A stretch of 64,000 nucleotides of DNA from Ranitomeya imitator (taxonomy: Eukaryota): positions 33,232,001 to 33,296,000 of the forward strand of contig NC_091285.1 in the NCBI RefSeq assembly GCF_032444005.1. The letters are read 5' to 3'. The notes under the pieces are model-generated. The model was not told the origin of the DNA and did no database searches. It saw only the letters and a list, made by a program, of their open reading frames with translations. This document shows, one piece after another, positions 25,271 through 35,993 of this stretch. Every line of letters starts with the position of its first letter. Positions within the stretch are counted from its first letter, which is position 1. The translations under genes and the position numbers were made by a program.

Positions 25271-28200
25271 ATGGACGTCCAGAGTTTGGCTTCCAGCTTG
25301 AATAATCTTGCTGCTAAGGTTCAAAATATACAAGATTTTGTTGTACATACGCCTATGTCTGAACCTAGAATTCCTATTCCAGAGTTTTTTTCTGGAAATA
25401 GATCTAGTTTTCTGAATTTTAGGAACAATTGCAAGTTGTTTCTTTCCTTGAAATCTCGCTCCTCTGGAGACCCTGCTCAGCAGGTCAAGATTGTTATATC
25501 TTTCCTGCGGGGTGACCCTCAGAATTGGGCATTTGCATTGGCACCAGGGGATCCTGCGTTGCTCAATGTGGATGCGTTTTTTCTGGCATTGGGTTTGCTC
25601 TATGAGGAACCTAACCTAGAGATTCAGGCTGAAAAAGCTTTATTGGCTCTCTCCCAGGGGCAAGATGAAGCAGAAATATATTGTCAGAAATTTCGGAAAT
25701 GGTCGGTGCTTACTCAGTGGAATGAGTGCGCTCTGGCTGCAAAATTCAGAGATGGCCTTTCTGAGGCCATTAAAGATGTTATGGTGGGGTTCCCGGCGCC
25801 TACAGGTCTGAATGAGTCCATGACTATGGCTATTCAGATTGATCGGCGTTTACGGGAGCGCAAACCTGTGCACCAATTGGCGGTGTCTTCTGAACAGGCA
25901 CCTGAGATAATGCAATGTGATAGAATTCAGTCCAGAAGTGAACGGCAAAATTATAGGTGGAAAAATGGATTGTGTTTTTATTGTGGTGATTCAGCTCATG
26001 TTATATCAGCATGCTCTAAACGCACAAAAAAGGTTGATAAGTCTGTTGCCATTGGTACTTTACAGTCTAAGTTCATTCTGTCTGTGACTCTGATTTGTTC
26101 ATTATCATCCATTTCCGTCGATGCCTATGTAGATTCAGGCGCTGCCCTGAGTCTTATGGTTTGGTCATTTGCCAATCGCTGTGGGTTTAGTCTGGAACCT
26201 CTGGAAGTTCCTATTCCTTTGAAAGGAATTGACTCTACACCTTTGGCTATGAATAAACCTCAGTACTGGACACAAGTGACCATGCCTATGACTCCCGTTC
26301 ATCAGGAGGTGATTCGCTTCCTGGTACTGTATAATTTACATGATGTCTTAGTGCTTGGTCTGCCATGGTTACAAACTCATAACCCAGTCCTGGACTGGAA
26401 AACAATGTCTGTGTTAAGCTGGGGATGTCAGGGGGTTCATGATGATGCATCTCCGATTTCTATCGCTTCATCTACTCCTTCTGAGGTTCCGGTATTTTTG
26501 TCTGATTATCGGGAGGTTTTTGAGGAGCCTAAGCTCAGTTCGCTTCCTCCTCACAGGGATTGCGATTGTGCTATAGATTTGATTCCTGGCAGTAAATTCC
26601 CTAAAGGTCGTTTGTTCAATCTGTCAGTGCCAGAGCATACTGCTATGCGGAATTATGTTAAGGAGTCCTTGGAAAAGGGACATATCCGTCCATCTTCGTC
26701 CCCTTTGGGAGCAGGTTTTTTTTTCGTGGCCAAAAAAGATGGTTCCTTGAGGCCTTGCATAGATTATCGTCTTTTGAATAAGATTACAGTCAAATATCAG
26801 TATCCTTTGCCATTGTTGACTGATTTGTTCGCTCGCATTAAGGGGGCTAAATGGTTCACTAAGATTGATCTTCGGGGTGCGTATAATCTTGTGCGGATAA
26901 GGCAGGGTGATGAGTGGAAAACCGCATTTAATACGCCTGAGGGCCATTTCGAGTATTTGGTGATGCCTTTTGGACTTTCTAATGCTCCTTCTGTCTTCCA
27001 GTCTTTTATGCACGATATTTTCCGTGAATATCTGGATAAATTTATTATCGTGTATTTGGATGATGTTTTGGTTTTTTCTGATGACTGGGAGTCTCATGTT
27101 CAGCAGGTCAGGAAGGTGTTTCAGGTCCTGCGGGCCAATTCTTTGTTTGTAAAGGGTTCTAAATGTCTCTTTGGAGTCCAGAAGATTTCATTTTTGGGGT
27201 ATATTTTTTCCCCTTCTACTATTGAGATGGATCCCGTCAAGGTTCAGGCTATTTGTGACTGGACGCAGCCTACATCTCTTAAGAGTCTACAGAAGTTCTT
27301 GGGCTTTGCTAATTTTTATCGTCGCTTCATAACTAATTTTTCTAGTGTTGTTAAGCCTTTGACGGATTTGACTAAGAAGGGTGCTGATGTTACTGATTGG
27401 TCTCCTGCGGCTGTGGAGGCCTTTCAGGAACTTAAGCGCCGGTTTTCTTCTGCTCCTGTGTTGCGTCAGCCAGATACGTCGCTTCCTTTTCAGGTTGAGG
27501 TTGATGCTTCCGAGATCGGAGCGGGGGCGGTTTTGTCACAGAGAAGCTCCGATGGCTCAGTGATGAAGCCATGTGCGTTCTTTTCTAGAAAATTTTCGCC
27601 CGCTGAACGGAATTATGATGTTGGTAATCGGGAGCTTTTGGCCATGAAGTGGGCATTTGAGGAGTGGCGTCATTGGCTTGAGGGTGCTAGACATCGTGTG
27701 GTGGTCTTGACTGATCACAAAAATCTGATGTACCTTGAGTCTGCCAAGCGTCTGAATCCTAGACAGGCTCGTTGGTCACTGTTTTTCTCCCGTTTCAATT
27801 TTGTGGTTTCATACCTGCCAGGTTCAAAGAATGTGAAGGCAGATGCTCTTTCTAGGAGTTTTGTGCCTGACTCCCCTGGAAATTCTGAGCCCACTGGTAT
27901 CCTTAGGGATGGGGTGATTTTGTCGGCTGTCTCCCCAGACTTGCGACGTGCTTTGCAGGAGTTTCAGGCGGATAAACCTGATCGTTGTCCGCCGGAAAGA
28001 CTGTTTGTTCCGGATAATTGGACCAGTAGAGTCATCTCCGAGGTCCATTCTTCTGTGTTGGCAGGTCATCCTGGAATATTTGGTACTAGAGACTTGGTGG
28101 CCAGGTCTTTTTGGTGGCCTTCCTTGTCGAGGGATGTGCGTTCTTTCGTGCAATCTTGTGGAGTTTGCGCTCGGGCTAAGCCTTGCTGTTCTCGGGCCAG

Positions 28201-29338
28201 TGGATTGTTGTCACCTTTGCCTATCCCGAAGAGGCCTTGGACGCACATTTCCATGGACTTTATTTCGGATCTCCCTGTCTCTCAAAAAATGTCCGTCATA
28301 TGGGTTGTGTGTGACCGCTTTTCTAAGATGGTTCATCTGGTATCCTTGCCTAAGTTACCTTCCTCCTCTGAGTTGGTCCCTCTGTTTTTTCAAAACGTGG
28401 TCCGTTTGCATGGCATTCCGGAGAACGTCGTTTCTGACAGGGGATCCCAGTTTGTGTCTAGATTTTGGCGGACGTTCTGTGCTAAGATGGGCATTGATTT
28501 GTCCTTTTCGTCTGCATTCCATCCCCAGACGAATGGCCAGACGGAACGAACTAATCAGACTTTAGAAACTTATTTAAGGTGTTTTGTTTCTGCTGATCAA
28601 GATGACTGGGTTTCCTTTTTGCCGCTTGCCGAGTTTGCCCTTAATAATCGGGCTAGTTCTGCTACCTTGGTTTCTCCTTTCTTTTGTAATTCGGGGTTTC
28701 ATCCTCGTTTTTCCTCTGGTCAGGTGGAGCCTTCTGAGTGTCCTGGAGTGGACATGGTGGTGGATAGGTTGCATCAGATTTGGAGTCATGTGGTGGACAA
28801 TTTGAAGTTGTCCCAGGAGAGGGCTCAGCAGTTTGCTAATCGCCGTCGCCGCGTGGGTCCTCGACTTCTTGTTGGGGACTTGGTGTGGTTGTCTTCTCGT
28901 TTTGTTCCTATGAAGGTCTCTTCTCCTAAGTTCAAGCCTCGGTTCATCGGTCCCTATAGGATCTTGGAAATTCTTAATCCTGTGTCGTTTCGTTTGGATC
29001 TCCCGGCATCGTTTGCTATTCATAATGTGTTCCATCGGTCGTTGTTGCGGAAGTATGAGGTACCTGTTGTTCCTTCGCTTGAGCCTCCTGCTCCGGTGCT
29101 GGTGGAGGGTGAATTGGAGTATGTTGTGGAGAAGATCTTGGATTCTCGTGTTTCCAGACGGAAACTCCAGTATTTGGTCAAGTGGAAGGGTTATGGTCAG
29201 GAGGATAATTCTTGGGTGATTGCCTCTGATGTTCATGCTGCCGATTTGGTCCGTGCTTTTCATAGGGCTCATCCTGGTCGCCCTGGTGGTTCTCGTGAGG
29301 GTTCGGTGACCCCTCCTCAAGGGGGGGTACTGTTGTGA
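25271..29338 (+). CDS. Gag-PR-RT-RNaseH-IN-chromodomain polyprotein
   Basis: CCHC knuckle CFYCGDSAHVISAC; protease VDSGA; RT VYLDD; RNaseH VDAS/TDHKNL; integrase HHCC, MDF, SDRG, GQTER, GPY; chromodomain YVVEKILDSR...YLVKWKGYGQEDNSW. Confidence 0.98.
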   Translation: MDVQSLASSLNNLAAKVQNIQDFVVHTPMSEPRIPIPEFFSGNRSSFLNFRNNCKLFLSLKSRSSGDPAQQVKIVISFLRGDPQNWAFALAPGDPALLNVDAFFLALGLLYEEPNLEIQAEKALLALSQGQDEAEIYCQKFRKWSVLTQWNECALAAKFRDGLSEAIKDVMVGFPAPTGLNESMTMAIQIDRRLRERKPVHQLAVSSEQAPEIMQCDRIQSRSERQNYRWKNGLCFYCGDSAHVISACSKRTKKVDKSVAIGTLQSKFILSVTLICSLSSISVDAYVDSGAALSLMVWSFANRCGFSLEPLEVPIPLKGIDSTPLAMNKPQYWTQVTMPMTPVHQEVIRFLVLYNLHDVLVLGLPWLQTHNPVLDWKTMSVLSWGCQGVHDDASPISIASSTPSEVPVFLSDYREVFEEPKLSSLPPHRDCDCAIDLIPGSKFPKGRLFNLSVPEHTAMRNYVKESLEKGHIRPSSSPLGAGFFFVAKKDGSLRPCIDYRLLNKITVKYQYPLPLLTDLFARIKGAKWFTKIDLRGAYNLVRIRQGDEWKTAFNTPEGHFEYLVMPFGLSNAPSVFQSFMHDIFREYLDKFIIVYLDDVLVFSDDWESHVQQVRKVFQVLRANSLFVKGSKCLFGVQKISFLGYIFSPSTIEMDPVKVQAICDWTQPTSLKSLQKFLGFANFYRRFITNFSSVVKPLTDLTKKGADVTDWSPAAVEAFQELKRRFSSAPVLRQPDTSLPFQVEVDASEIGAGAVLSQRSSDGSVMKPCAFFSRKFSPAERNYDVGNRELLAMKWAFEEWRHWLEGARHRVVVLTDHKNLMYLESAKRLNPRQARWSLFFSRFNFVVSYLPGSKNVKADALSRSFVPDSPGNSEPTGILRDGVILSAVSPDLRRALQEFQADKPDRCPPERLFVPDNWTSRVISEVHSSVLAGHPGIFGTRDLVARSFWWPSLSRDVRSFVQSCGVCARAKPCCSRASGLLSPLPIPKRPWTHISMDFISDLPVSQKMSVIWVVCDRFSKMVHLVSLPKLPSSSELVPLFFQNVVRLHGIPENVVSDRGSQFVSRFWRTFCAKMGIDLSFSSAFHPQTNGQTERTNQTLETYLRCFVSADQDDWVSFLPLAEFALNNRASSATLVSPFFCNSGFHPRFSSGQVEPSECPGVDMVVDRLHQIWSHVVDNLKLSQERAQQFANRRRRVGPRLLVGDLVWLSSRFVPMKVSSPKFKPRFIGPYRILEILNPVSFRLDLPASFAIHNVFHRSLLRKYEVPVVPSLEPPAPVLVEGELEYVVEKILDSRVSRRKLQYLVKWKGYGQEDNSWVIASDVHAADLVRAFHRAHPGRPGGSREGSVTPPQGGVLL

Positions 29339-29871
29339 GTTCTGTTTTTGGGCTCCCTCTGGTGGTTACTGATGGTACTGGGTGACTTGTGTTCTCTGCG
29401 GTCTCTGGTGTCCACCTGTTCCATCAGGTTATGGGAGTTTCCTATTTAACCTGGCTTTTTTGTCATTTCCTCGCCGGCTATCAATGTAATCAGCGTGTCT
29501 TTTTACCTCTGCTCCCTGCGTCTGTTATCTTCAGGACAAGCTAAGTTTTGATTTTCCTGTTCCACGTTTTGCTTTATTTTTGTCTTAGTCCAGCTTGCAG
29601 ATATGTGATTCCTTGCTGCTGGTTGCACTAGTGGGCTGAAATTACTCCTCATGTTCCATGAGTTGGCACATGAGTTCAAGTAATTTCAGGATGGTTTTTT
29701 GAAGGGTTTTTCGCTGACCGCGCAGTTCACTTTTGTATCGGCACGTTCCCCGGCTACTGCTAGTTGTGTGTTTAGGTTCAGGATCGCGGTCAGCTCAGGT
29801 TCCATCACCCTAGAGCTTGTTTAGTTTTTGTGCTTGTCCTTTTGTGATCCCCTGCCATTGGGATCATGACA
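29331..29871 (+). repeat. 3' LTR
   Basis: Identical to 5' LTR except 24606 T/29396 C and 24837 T/29627 A. Confidence 0.97.
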
Positions 29872-30418
29872 GGTGTCATAATTGACGACTCTCCATTATT
29901 AATCTGGCTTAATGTCACCTTACAAGGTGACATTAACCCTTCATTACCCTATATCCCACCGCTACACGGGAATGGGAAGAGAGTGGCCAAGTGCCAGAAC
30001 AGGCGCATCTTCCAGATGTGCCTTTTCTTGGGTGGCTGGGGGCAGATGTTTTTAGCCAGGGGGGGGGGGGGGCAAAAACTGTGGACCCTCTCCAGGCTAT
30101 TAATATCTGCCCTCAGTCACTGTCTTTACTACTCTGGCGGAGAAAATTGCGTGGGAGCCCACGCCACTTTTTTCCGCCATTTAACCCTTAAATTTAATAG
30201 CTAGAGCGCCCAAATTTTGCACATACACACTACTAACATTAGTAGTGTGGAATATGCAAAAAAAAGGGGATATGAGATGGTTTACTGTATGTAACCAGGT
30301 CTCATATCATGTCGGGTTTAGGAAGGAGATAGCAAAAGCCGGTAATTGAATTATCGGCTTTAAAGCTATCTCGCGCTGAATGAAATATTAATATATATAC
30401 ATATATGTGTCTACTGAC

Positions 30419-30449
<31 letters not shown>

Positions 30450-31349
30450 TATATAGTCGGTATATATGTTGTTACAATTTTTTGAGCACATGGATCCATT
30501 GTATATCCGTATGTCAGTTTTGCAAGCCTGCGAGAAAATCTCGCAGTACGGATGCCATACGGAGGATGCCATGCGCAAAATACGCTGACACACCCTGCCT
30601 ACGGAGGAGATACGGACCACTATTTTGGGGACTTTTCTGCGTATTACGGCCGTAAATTACGGACCGTATTGTCTTACGCCGAGTTTGACGCCGGCCTTAC
30701 AGGTGCAGGTGGAAAGGAACATTCCACTCTCCCAATGGCGCGCCCGGGACATGATCGCGGGATGCCGATGGGTTGTTATGACAGTCAGGGGTGTGACGAT
30801 GACACCCGTGCCTGTCATTACGATCCTCCTATGAACATCGGTCTGTAGTCGGCATTCATAGGAAATCATGATTTTTGCTATACATAGAAGTGCTGATGCC
30901 CTGCTGTATACAGTACAAATGATCAGATGATCGCAGTTTCAAGTCCCCTAAGGGGACTATTAAATACAGTAAAAATTTTACAAATATAAAAAATATTTTT
31001 TTTTAAAAGTTCAAACCACCCCCTTATTAAAAATAAAATATAAAAAATACAGATTTGGCATCACTGTGTTCAGAAATGTACGATCTATCAAAATATGAAA
31101 TAAAAGAATTTGATCGGTAAACGGCGTAACGAAAAAAAAATCAAAACGCCAAAAATTAAGTTTTTCTTGCCCACTGCAAAATTGCAATTAAATGCAATAA
31201 AAGGCCTTCAAAACATCGTATCTACCCCAAAATGGTATCAGTGAGAATGTCAGTTCAGGGCAGAAAAAATAAGCCCTCAACCAGCCCCAGATGCCGAAAA
31301 ATGAAAATGTCCCCGTACACTATATGGTTCAATGCCATTACTCAGGTAC

Positions 31350-31589
31350 CTGGGAAGGTTTCGCTGTGTTTCGCTTTCAGTTTTCGGGCCTCGTCATAGT
31401 AGGGTTCCTTCTGTTCCTCACTCAGCTTGCTCCACTCCAGGCCTAACTGGACGCTGATGTCGGCATTACTGGCTCTAGGGTTGGTTCTCGCCAGTGCCTG
31501 ACGGTGGATTCTGGCAAATACCATGAAAGCGTTCATCGGCCGTTTGATGTACCCATTTTTTTCATAAGTGATTGGTTTGAAGGACATTC
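31350..31589 (-). CDS. SOX30: SOX30 exon 2 (HMG box)
   Basis: Acceptor TTTCATCGCAG, donor CCAG|GTACCT, 240 nt phase 1/1; [58 protein letters not shown] has the SOX30-specific [14 protein letters not shown] signature. Confidence 0.95.
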
Positions 31590-31799
31590 CTGCGATGAAA
31601 CATGTTAAAATATATACGTGACTACAGCACTACAAATTAAAGGGATCCTACACTTACTTTATACAATATAAGTTCGTCGACAGATTTTAAATAAAATCCC
31701 TTTAAATTATTCCTAAATACAAAGTTTATAGGGTCGAAGCGAATCGATTAGCAGGGTCCGGTCCATCAACCACGTCAGAAATGGACGTGAGAACCGGAT

Positions 31800-32860
31800 C
31801 AGCATCCGTGGCTCTTCTATTGATTGGCCAGCCTGGCACATGGGCATCACAGCGACCAGGCTGGCTAATCAAAGGAAGAGCAGCAAATGTAGTGGTGTCT
31901 CTCAGGTTTCTTCCCAGCGACCACATCATCAATCTGTGGCCACTAGATGGGAACCCTGAGAGCCCCGACATCATCCGTGGCTCTTCTATTGATTAGCTGG
32001 CCTGGCACATGGGTATCACACTGACCAGGCTGGCTAATCAAAAGGAAGAGCAGCAAATGTAGTGGTGTCTCTCAGGTTTCCTGTCCAGCGACCACATCAT
32101 CAATCTGTGGCCACTAGATGGGAACCCTGAGAGCCCCTTCATCATCCGTGGCTCTTCTATTGATTAGCTAGCCTGGCACATGGGTATCACACTGACCAGG
32201 CTGGCTAATCAAAGGAAGAGCAGCAAATGTAGTGGTGGCTCTCAGGTTTCCTGTCCAGCGACCACATCATCAATCTGTGTCCACTAGATGGGATCCCTGC
32301 GAGCCCCTTCATCATCCGTGGCTCTTCTATTGATTAGCTAGCTTGGCACATGGGCATCACACTGACCTGGCTGGGTAATCAAAGGAAGAGCCGCGAATGC
32401 AGTGGTGGCTCTCAGAGTTCCCGTCCAGCAGCCACATCATCAATCTGTGACCACTGGACGGGAACCCTGAAAGCCCCATCATCATCCATGGCTCTTCTAT
32501 TGATTAGCTGGCCTGGCACATGGGCATCACACTGACCTGGCTGGCTAATCAAAGGAAGAGCCGCGAATGCAGTGGTGGCTCTCAGGGTTCCCATCCAGCC
32601 GCCACATCATCAATCTGTGGCCACTGGATGGGAACCCTAAGGGCCACCACAGCAGCTGTGGCTCTTCTATTGATTAGCTGGCCTGGCACATGGGCATCAC
32701 ACCGACCAGGATGGCTAATCAAAGGAAGAGCCACAAATGTAGCGGTGGCTCTCAGGGTTCCCATCCAGCAGCCACATCATCAATCTGTGGCCACTGGATG
32801 GTAACCCTGAGAGTCGCCTCAGCATTCGTGGCTCTTCTATTGATTAGCCGGCCCGGCACA
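31800..32860. repeat. 170-bp tandem repeat (about 6.3 units), each unit with two internal hairpins
   Basis: GTGGCTCTTCTATTGATT recurs at 31808, 31977, 32148, 32318, 32488, 32658, 32828. Confidence 0.95.
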
Positions 32861-33883
32861 ATGTCTCCAAGGCGATGGGATCCCAGCATTTACAATGTAG
32901 GATAATTGATTTTATATTTTAATAGACCGAACTTTATAGACAAGTGCACTTGTTTGTTTGTTTTTTTAAATTTCATGATTTTTGGATTGGGAAAAAAAGT
33001 TGTAATTGAAGATTTTGGGGATTTTAATTCTTTGCTTAATTTTTAACTATTGTTTACATTTTTTTTAGTTACCCCCCTTTCCTCTCTACTTTAGTATAAG
33101 GTGAAATTTATGATCTCCTCTCTGATTGGTGAATTGTGAATAAGGGGTGATGGACACAATAACGGACACCCAATTCCTGCTTAGAAACACAGCAGCATCT
33201 AAAGTAGTTAAAGGGGTTGTCCAACCTTAGGCTACAAGTCTGCAGTCACTCTATGTGACTTCAGACTTGTGAATCCTCACAGTATACACAGTACACACTT
33301 GTCAGGATTCTCTGATGCCAGGCAGTCATGTTACCGCTAGTATGTGATTTGCCTACTTCCGGTCACATTCAGACTAAACGTTTCCGGCTGTGCATGTCTA
33401 GAAGGTATGTGACCGCATGTTTGCAAATCACATACTTACGCCAGCACCGGAGAATCCTCATGGTGGGAGGATTCACAAACCTGCACTCACATAGAGACTT
33501 GTAGTCTAAGGCCGGCGTCACACTATCGAGTTTTATGGACGTATGAGCGCAGAAAATACGGATTGCACACGGCCCAATGCTTCTCTATGCCCCTGCTTCT
33601 ATCTGCCGTATTTAACTGATCCGTATTATACGGTCTTGTACGGCCGTAGAAAATCGCAGCATGCTGCGTTTGTCACCGTATTCTGCAAAAAAAACACCAA
33701 TGAAATTCTATGGGGGCGAGAAAAATACGGATTACACACGGACCAGCAGTGTGACTTGCGAGAAATACGCAGCGCTGTTCTATAGAAAAGCCGGCAATTC
33801 AGTGCGGTGTACAGTAAAATCACACTGACAGCTTACAGTAGAATAGGTAGAATAAATGTGTACACATAGAATAGGGGTATATA

Positions 33884-35489
33884 CAGTGGGGCAAAAAAGT
33901 ATTTAGTGAGTCAGCAATAGTGCAAGTTCCACCACTTAAAAAGATGAGAGGCGTCTGTAATTTACATCATAGGTAGACCTCAACTATGGGAGACAAACTG
34001 AGAAAAAAAAATCCAGAAAATCACATTGTCTGTTTTTTTAACATTTTATTTGCATATTATGGCGGAAAATAAGTATTTGGTCAGAAACAAAATTTCATCT
34101 CAATACTTTGTAATATATCCTTTGTTGGCAATGACAGAGGTCAAACGTTTTCTGTAAGCCTTCACAAGGTTGCCACACACTGTTGTTGGTATGTTGGCCC
34201 ATTCCTCCATGCAGATCTCCTCTAGAGCAGTGATGTTTTTGGCTTTTCGCTTGGCAACACAGACTTTCAACTCCCTCCAAAGGTTTTCTATAGGGTTGAG
34301 ATCTGGAGACTGGCTAGGCCACTCCAGGACCTTGAAATGATTCTTACGAAGCCACTCCTTCGTTGCCCTGGCGGTGTGCTTTGGATCATTGTCATGTTGA
34401 AAGACCCAGCCACGTTTCATCTTCAATGCCCTTGCTGATGGAAGGAGGTTTGCACTCAAAATCTCACGATACATGGCCCCATTCATTCTTTCATGTACCC
34501 GGATCAGTCGTCCTGGCCCCTTTGCAGAGAAACAGCCCCAAAGCATGATGTTTCCACCACCATGCTTTACAGTAGGTATGGTGTTTGATGGATGCAACTC
34601 AGTATTCTTTTTCCTCCAAACACGACAAGTTGTGTTTCTACCAAACAGTTCCAGTTTGGTTTCATCAGACCATAGGACATTCTCCCAAAACTCCTCTGGA
34701 TCATCCAAAGGCTCTCTAGCAAACTTCAGACGGGCCCGGACATGTACTGGCTTAAGCAGTGGGACACGTCTGGCACTGCAGGATCTGAATCCATGGTGGC
34801 GTAGTGTGTTACTTATGGTAGGCCTTGTTACATTGGTCCCAGCTCTCTGCAGTTCATTCACTAGGTCCCCCCGCGTGGTTCTGGGATTTTTGCTCACCGT
34901 TCTTGTGATCATTCTGACCCCACGGGGTGGGATTTTGCGTGGAGCCCCAGATCGAGGGAGATTATCAGTGGTCTTGTATGTCTTCCATTTTCTAATTATT
35001 GCTCCCACTGTTGATTTCTTCACTCCAAGCTGGTTGGCTATTGCAGATTCAGTCTTCCCAGCCTGGTGCAGGGCTACAATTTTGTTTCTGGTGTCCTTTG
35101 ACAGCTCTTTGGTCTTCACCATAGTGGAGGTTGGAGTCAGACTGTTTGAGGGTGTGCACAGGTGTCTTTTTATACTGATAACAAGTTTAAACAGGTGCAA
35201 TTACTACAGGTAATGAGTGGAGGAAAGAGGAGACTCTTAAAGAAGAAGTTACAGGTCTGTGAGAGCCAGAAATCTTGATTGTTTGTTTCTGACCAAATAC
35301 TTATTTTCCACCATAATATGCAAATAAAATGTTAAAAAAACAGACAATGTGATTTTCTGGATTTTTTTTTCTCAGTTTGTCTCCCATAGTTGAGGTCTAC
35401 CTATGATGTAAATTACAGACGCCTCTCATCTTTTTAAGTGGTGGAACTTGCACTATTGCTGACTGACTAAATACTTTTTTGCCCCACTG
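33884..35489 (-). mobile_element. Tc1/mariner (DD34E) transposon copy A, ~210-bp TIRs, TA TSD
   Basis: TA|CAGTGGGGCAAAAAAGTATTT ... AAATACTTTTTTGCCCCACTG|TA; 1606 bp. Confidence 0.97.
34100..35122 (-). CDS. Tc1 transposase, 340 aa, open frame
   Basis: [10 protein letters not shown]..., [15 protein letters not shown]-34 [10 protein letters not shown]. Confidence 0.95.
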   Translation of the reverse strand: MVKTKELSKDTRNKIVALHQAGKTESAIANQLGVKKSTVGAIIRKWKTYKTTDNLPRSGAPRKIPPRGVRMITRTVSKNPRTTRGDLVNELQRAGTNVTRPTISNTLRHHGFRSCSARRVPLLKPVHVRARLKFAREPLDDPEEFWENVLWSDETKLELFGRNTTCRVWRKKNTELHPSNTIPTVKHGGGNIMLWGCFSAKGPGRLIRVHERMNGAMYREILSANLLPSARALKMKRGWVFQHDNDPKHTARATKEWLRKNHFKVLEWPSQSPDLNPIENLWRELKVCVAKRKAKNITALEEICMEEWANIPTTVCGNLVKAYRKRLTSVIANKGYITKY

Positions 35490-35709
35490 TATATATATAT
35501 ATATATATATACCGTATATATGTGTCAGTGAGACACCTATATATACATATATATATCAAGATAATGTCTAGAAAATTCCTTGGAGAAGGGAATGGCACTA
35601 GGATATCAATTGCAGCTTTATATTCCTCGCACTCATTACATGGATCGCTCACACATGCGGTATGCAAAAAGCCACTGAGATGCGGTGCTCAGCTAATGAG
35701 GTAATACCA

Positions 35710-35993
35710 ATCTTCATAAACAAAAGTTGAAAAAGTAGCGGCACTCACCAGTCTGCTCAAAATTATGTCTTTAATGTGTCTTCAATCCATAGTACAGATT
35801 ATGCGGACACAATGCAGGTAGTTACGAGGGTGCGGGGAGTGAAGGGGGACATGTCCCCCTTCACTCCCCGCACCCTCGTAACTACCTGCATTGTGTCCGC
35901 ATAATCTGTACTATGGATTGAAGACACATTAAAGACATAATTTTGAGCAGACTGGTGAGTGCCGCTACTTTTTCAACTTTTGTTTATGAAGAT
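35710..35993. repeat. Perfect spacer-less 284-bp palindrome
   Basis: Centre GGGGGACATGTCCCCC (axis between 35851 and 35852); arms match out to A35710/T35993. Confidence 0.95.

Larger units (their letters stand above)
24541..29871 (+). mobile_element. Full-length Ty3/gypsy chromovirus (Tf1/sushi group) LTR retrotransposon
   Basis: Two 541-bp TG...CA LTRs differing at 2 positions, single 1355-aa gag-pol ORF with chromodomain, PPT AAGGGGGGGTAC before the 3' LTR, GGTGTC on both flanks. Confidence 0.98.

Noticed and set aside
26624-29320. Antisense and alternate-frame ORFs within the gypsy pol gene
   Set aside because: Shadow frames with no recognisable motifs.
31800-32860. CRISPR-like palindromic repeats
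   Set aside because: Whole 170-bp unit is repeated; the apparent spacers are near-identical.
34473-35213. 246-aa ORFs antisense to both Tc1 transposases (also 38608-39348)
   Set aside because: Shadow frames of the transposase shared because the copies are near-identical; no domain motif.
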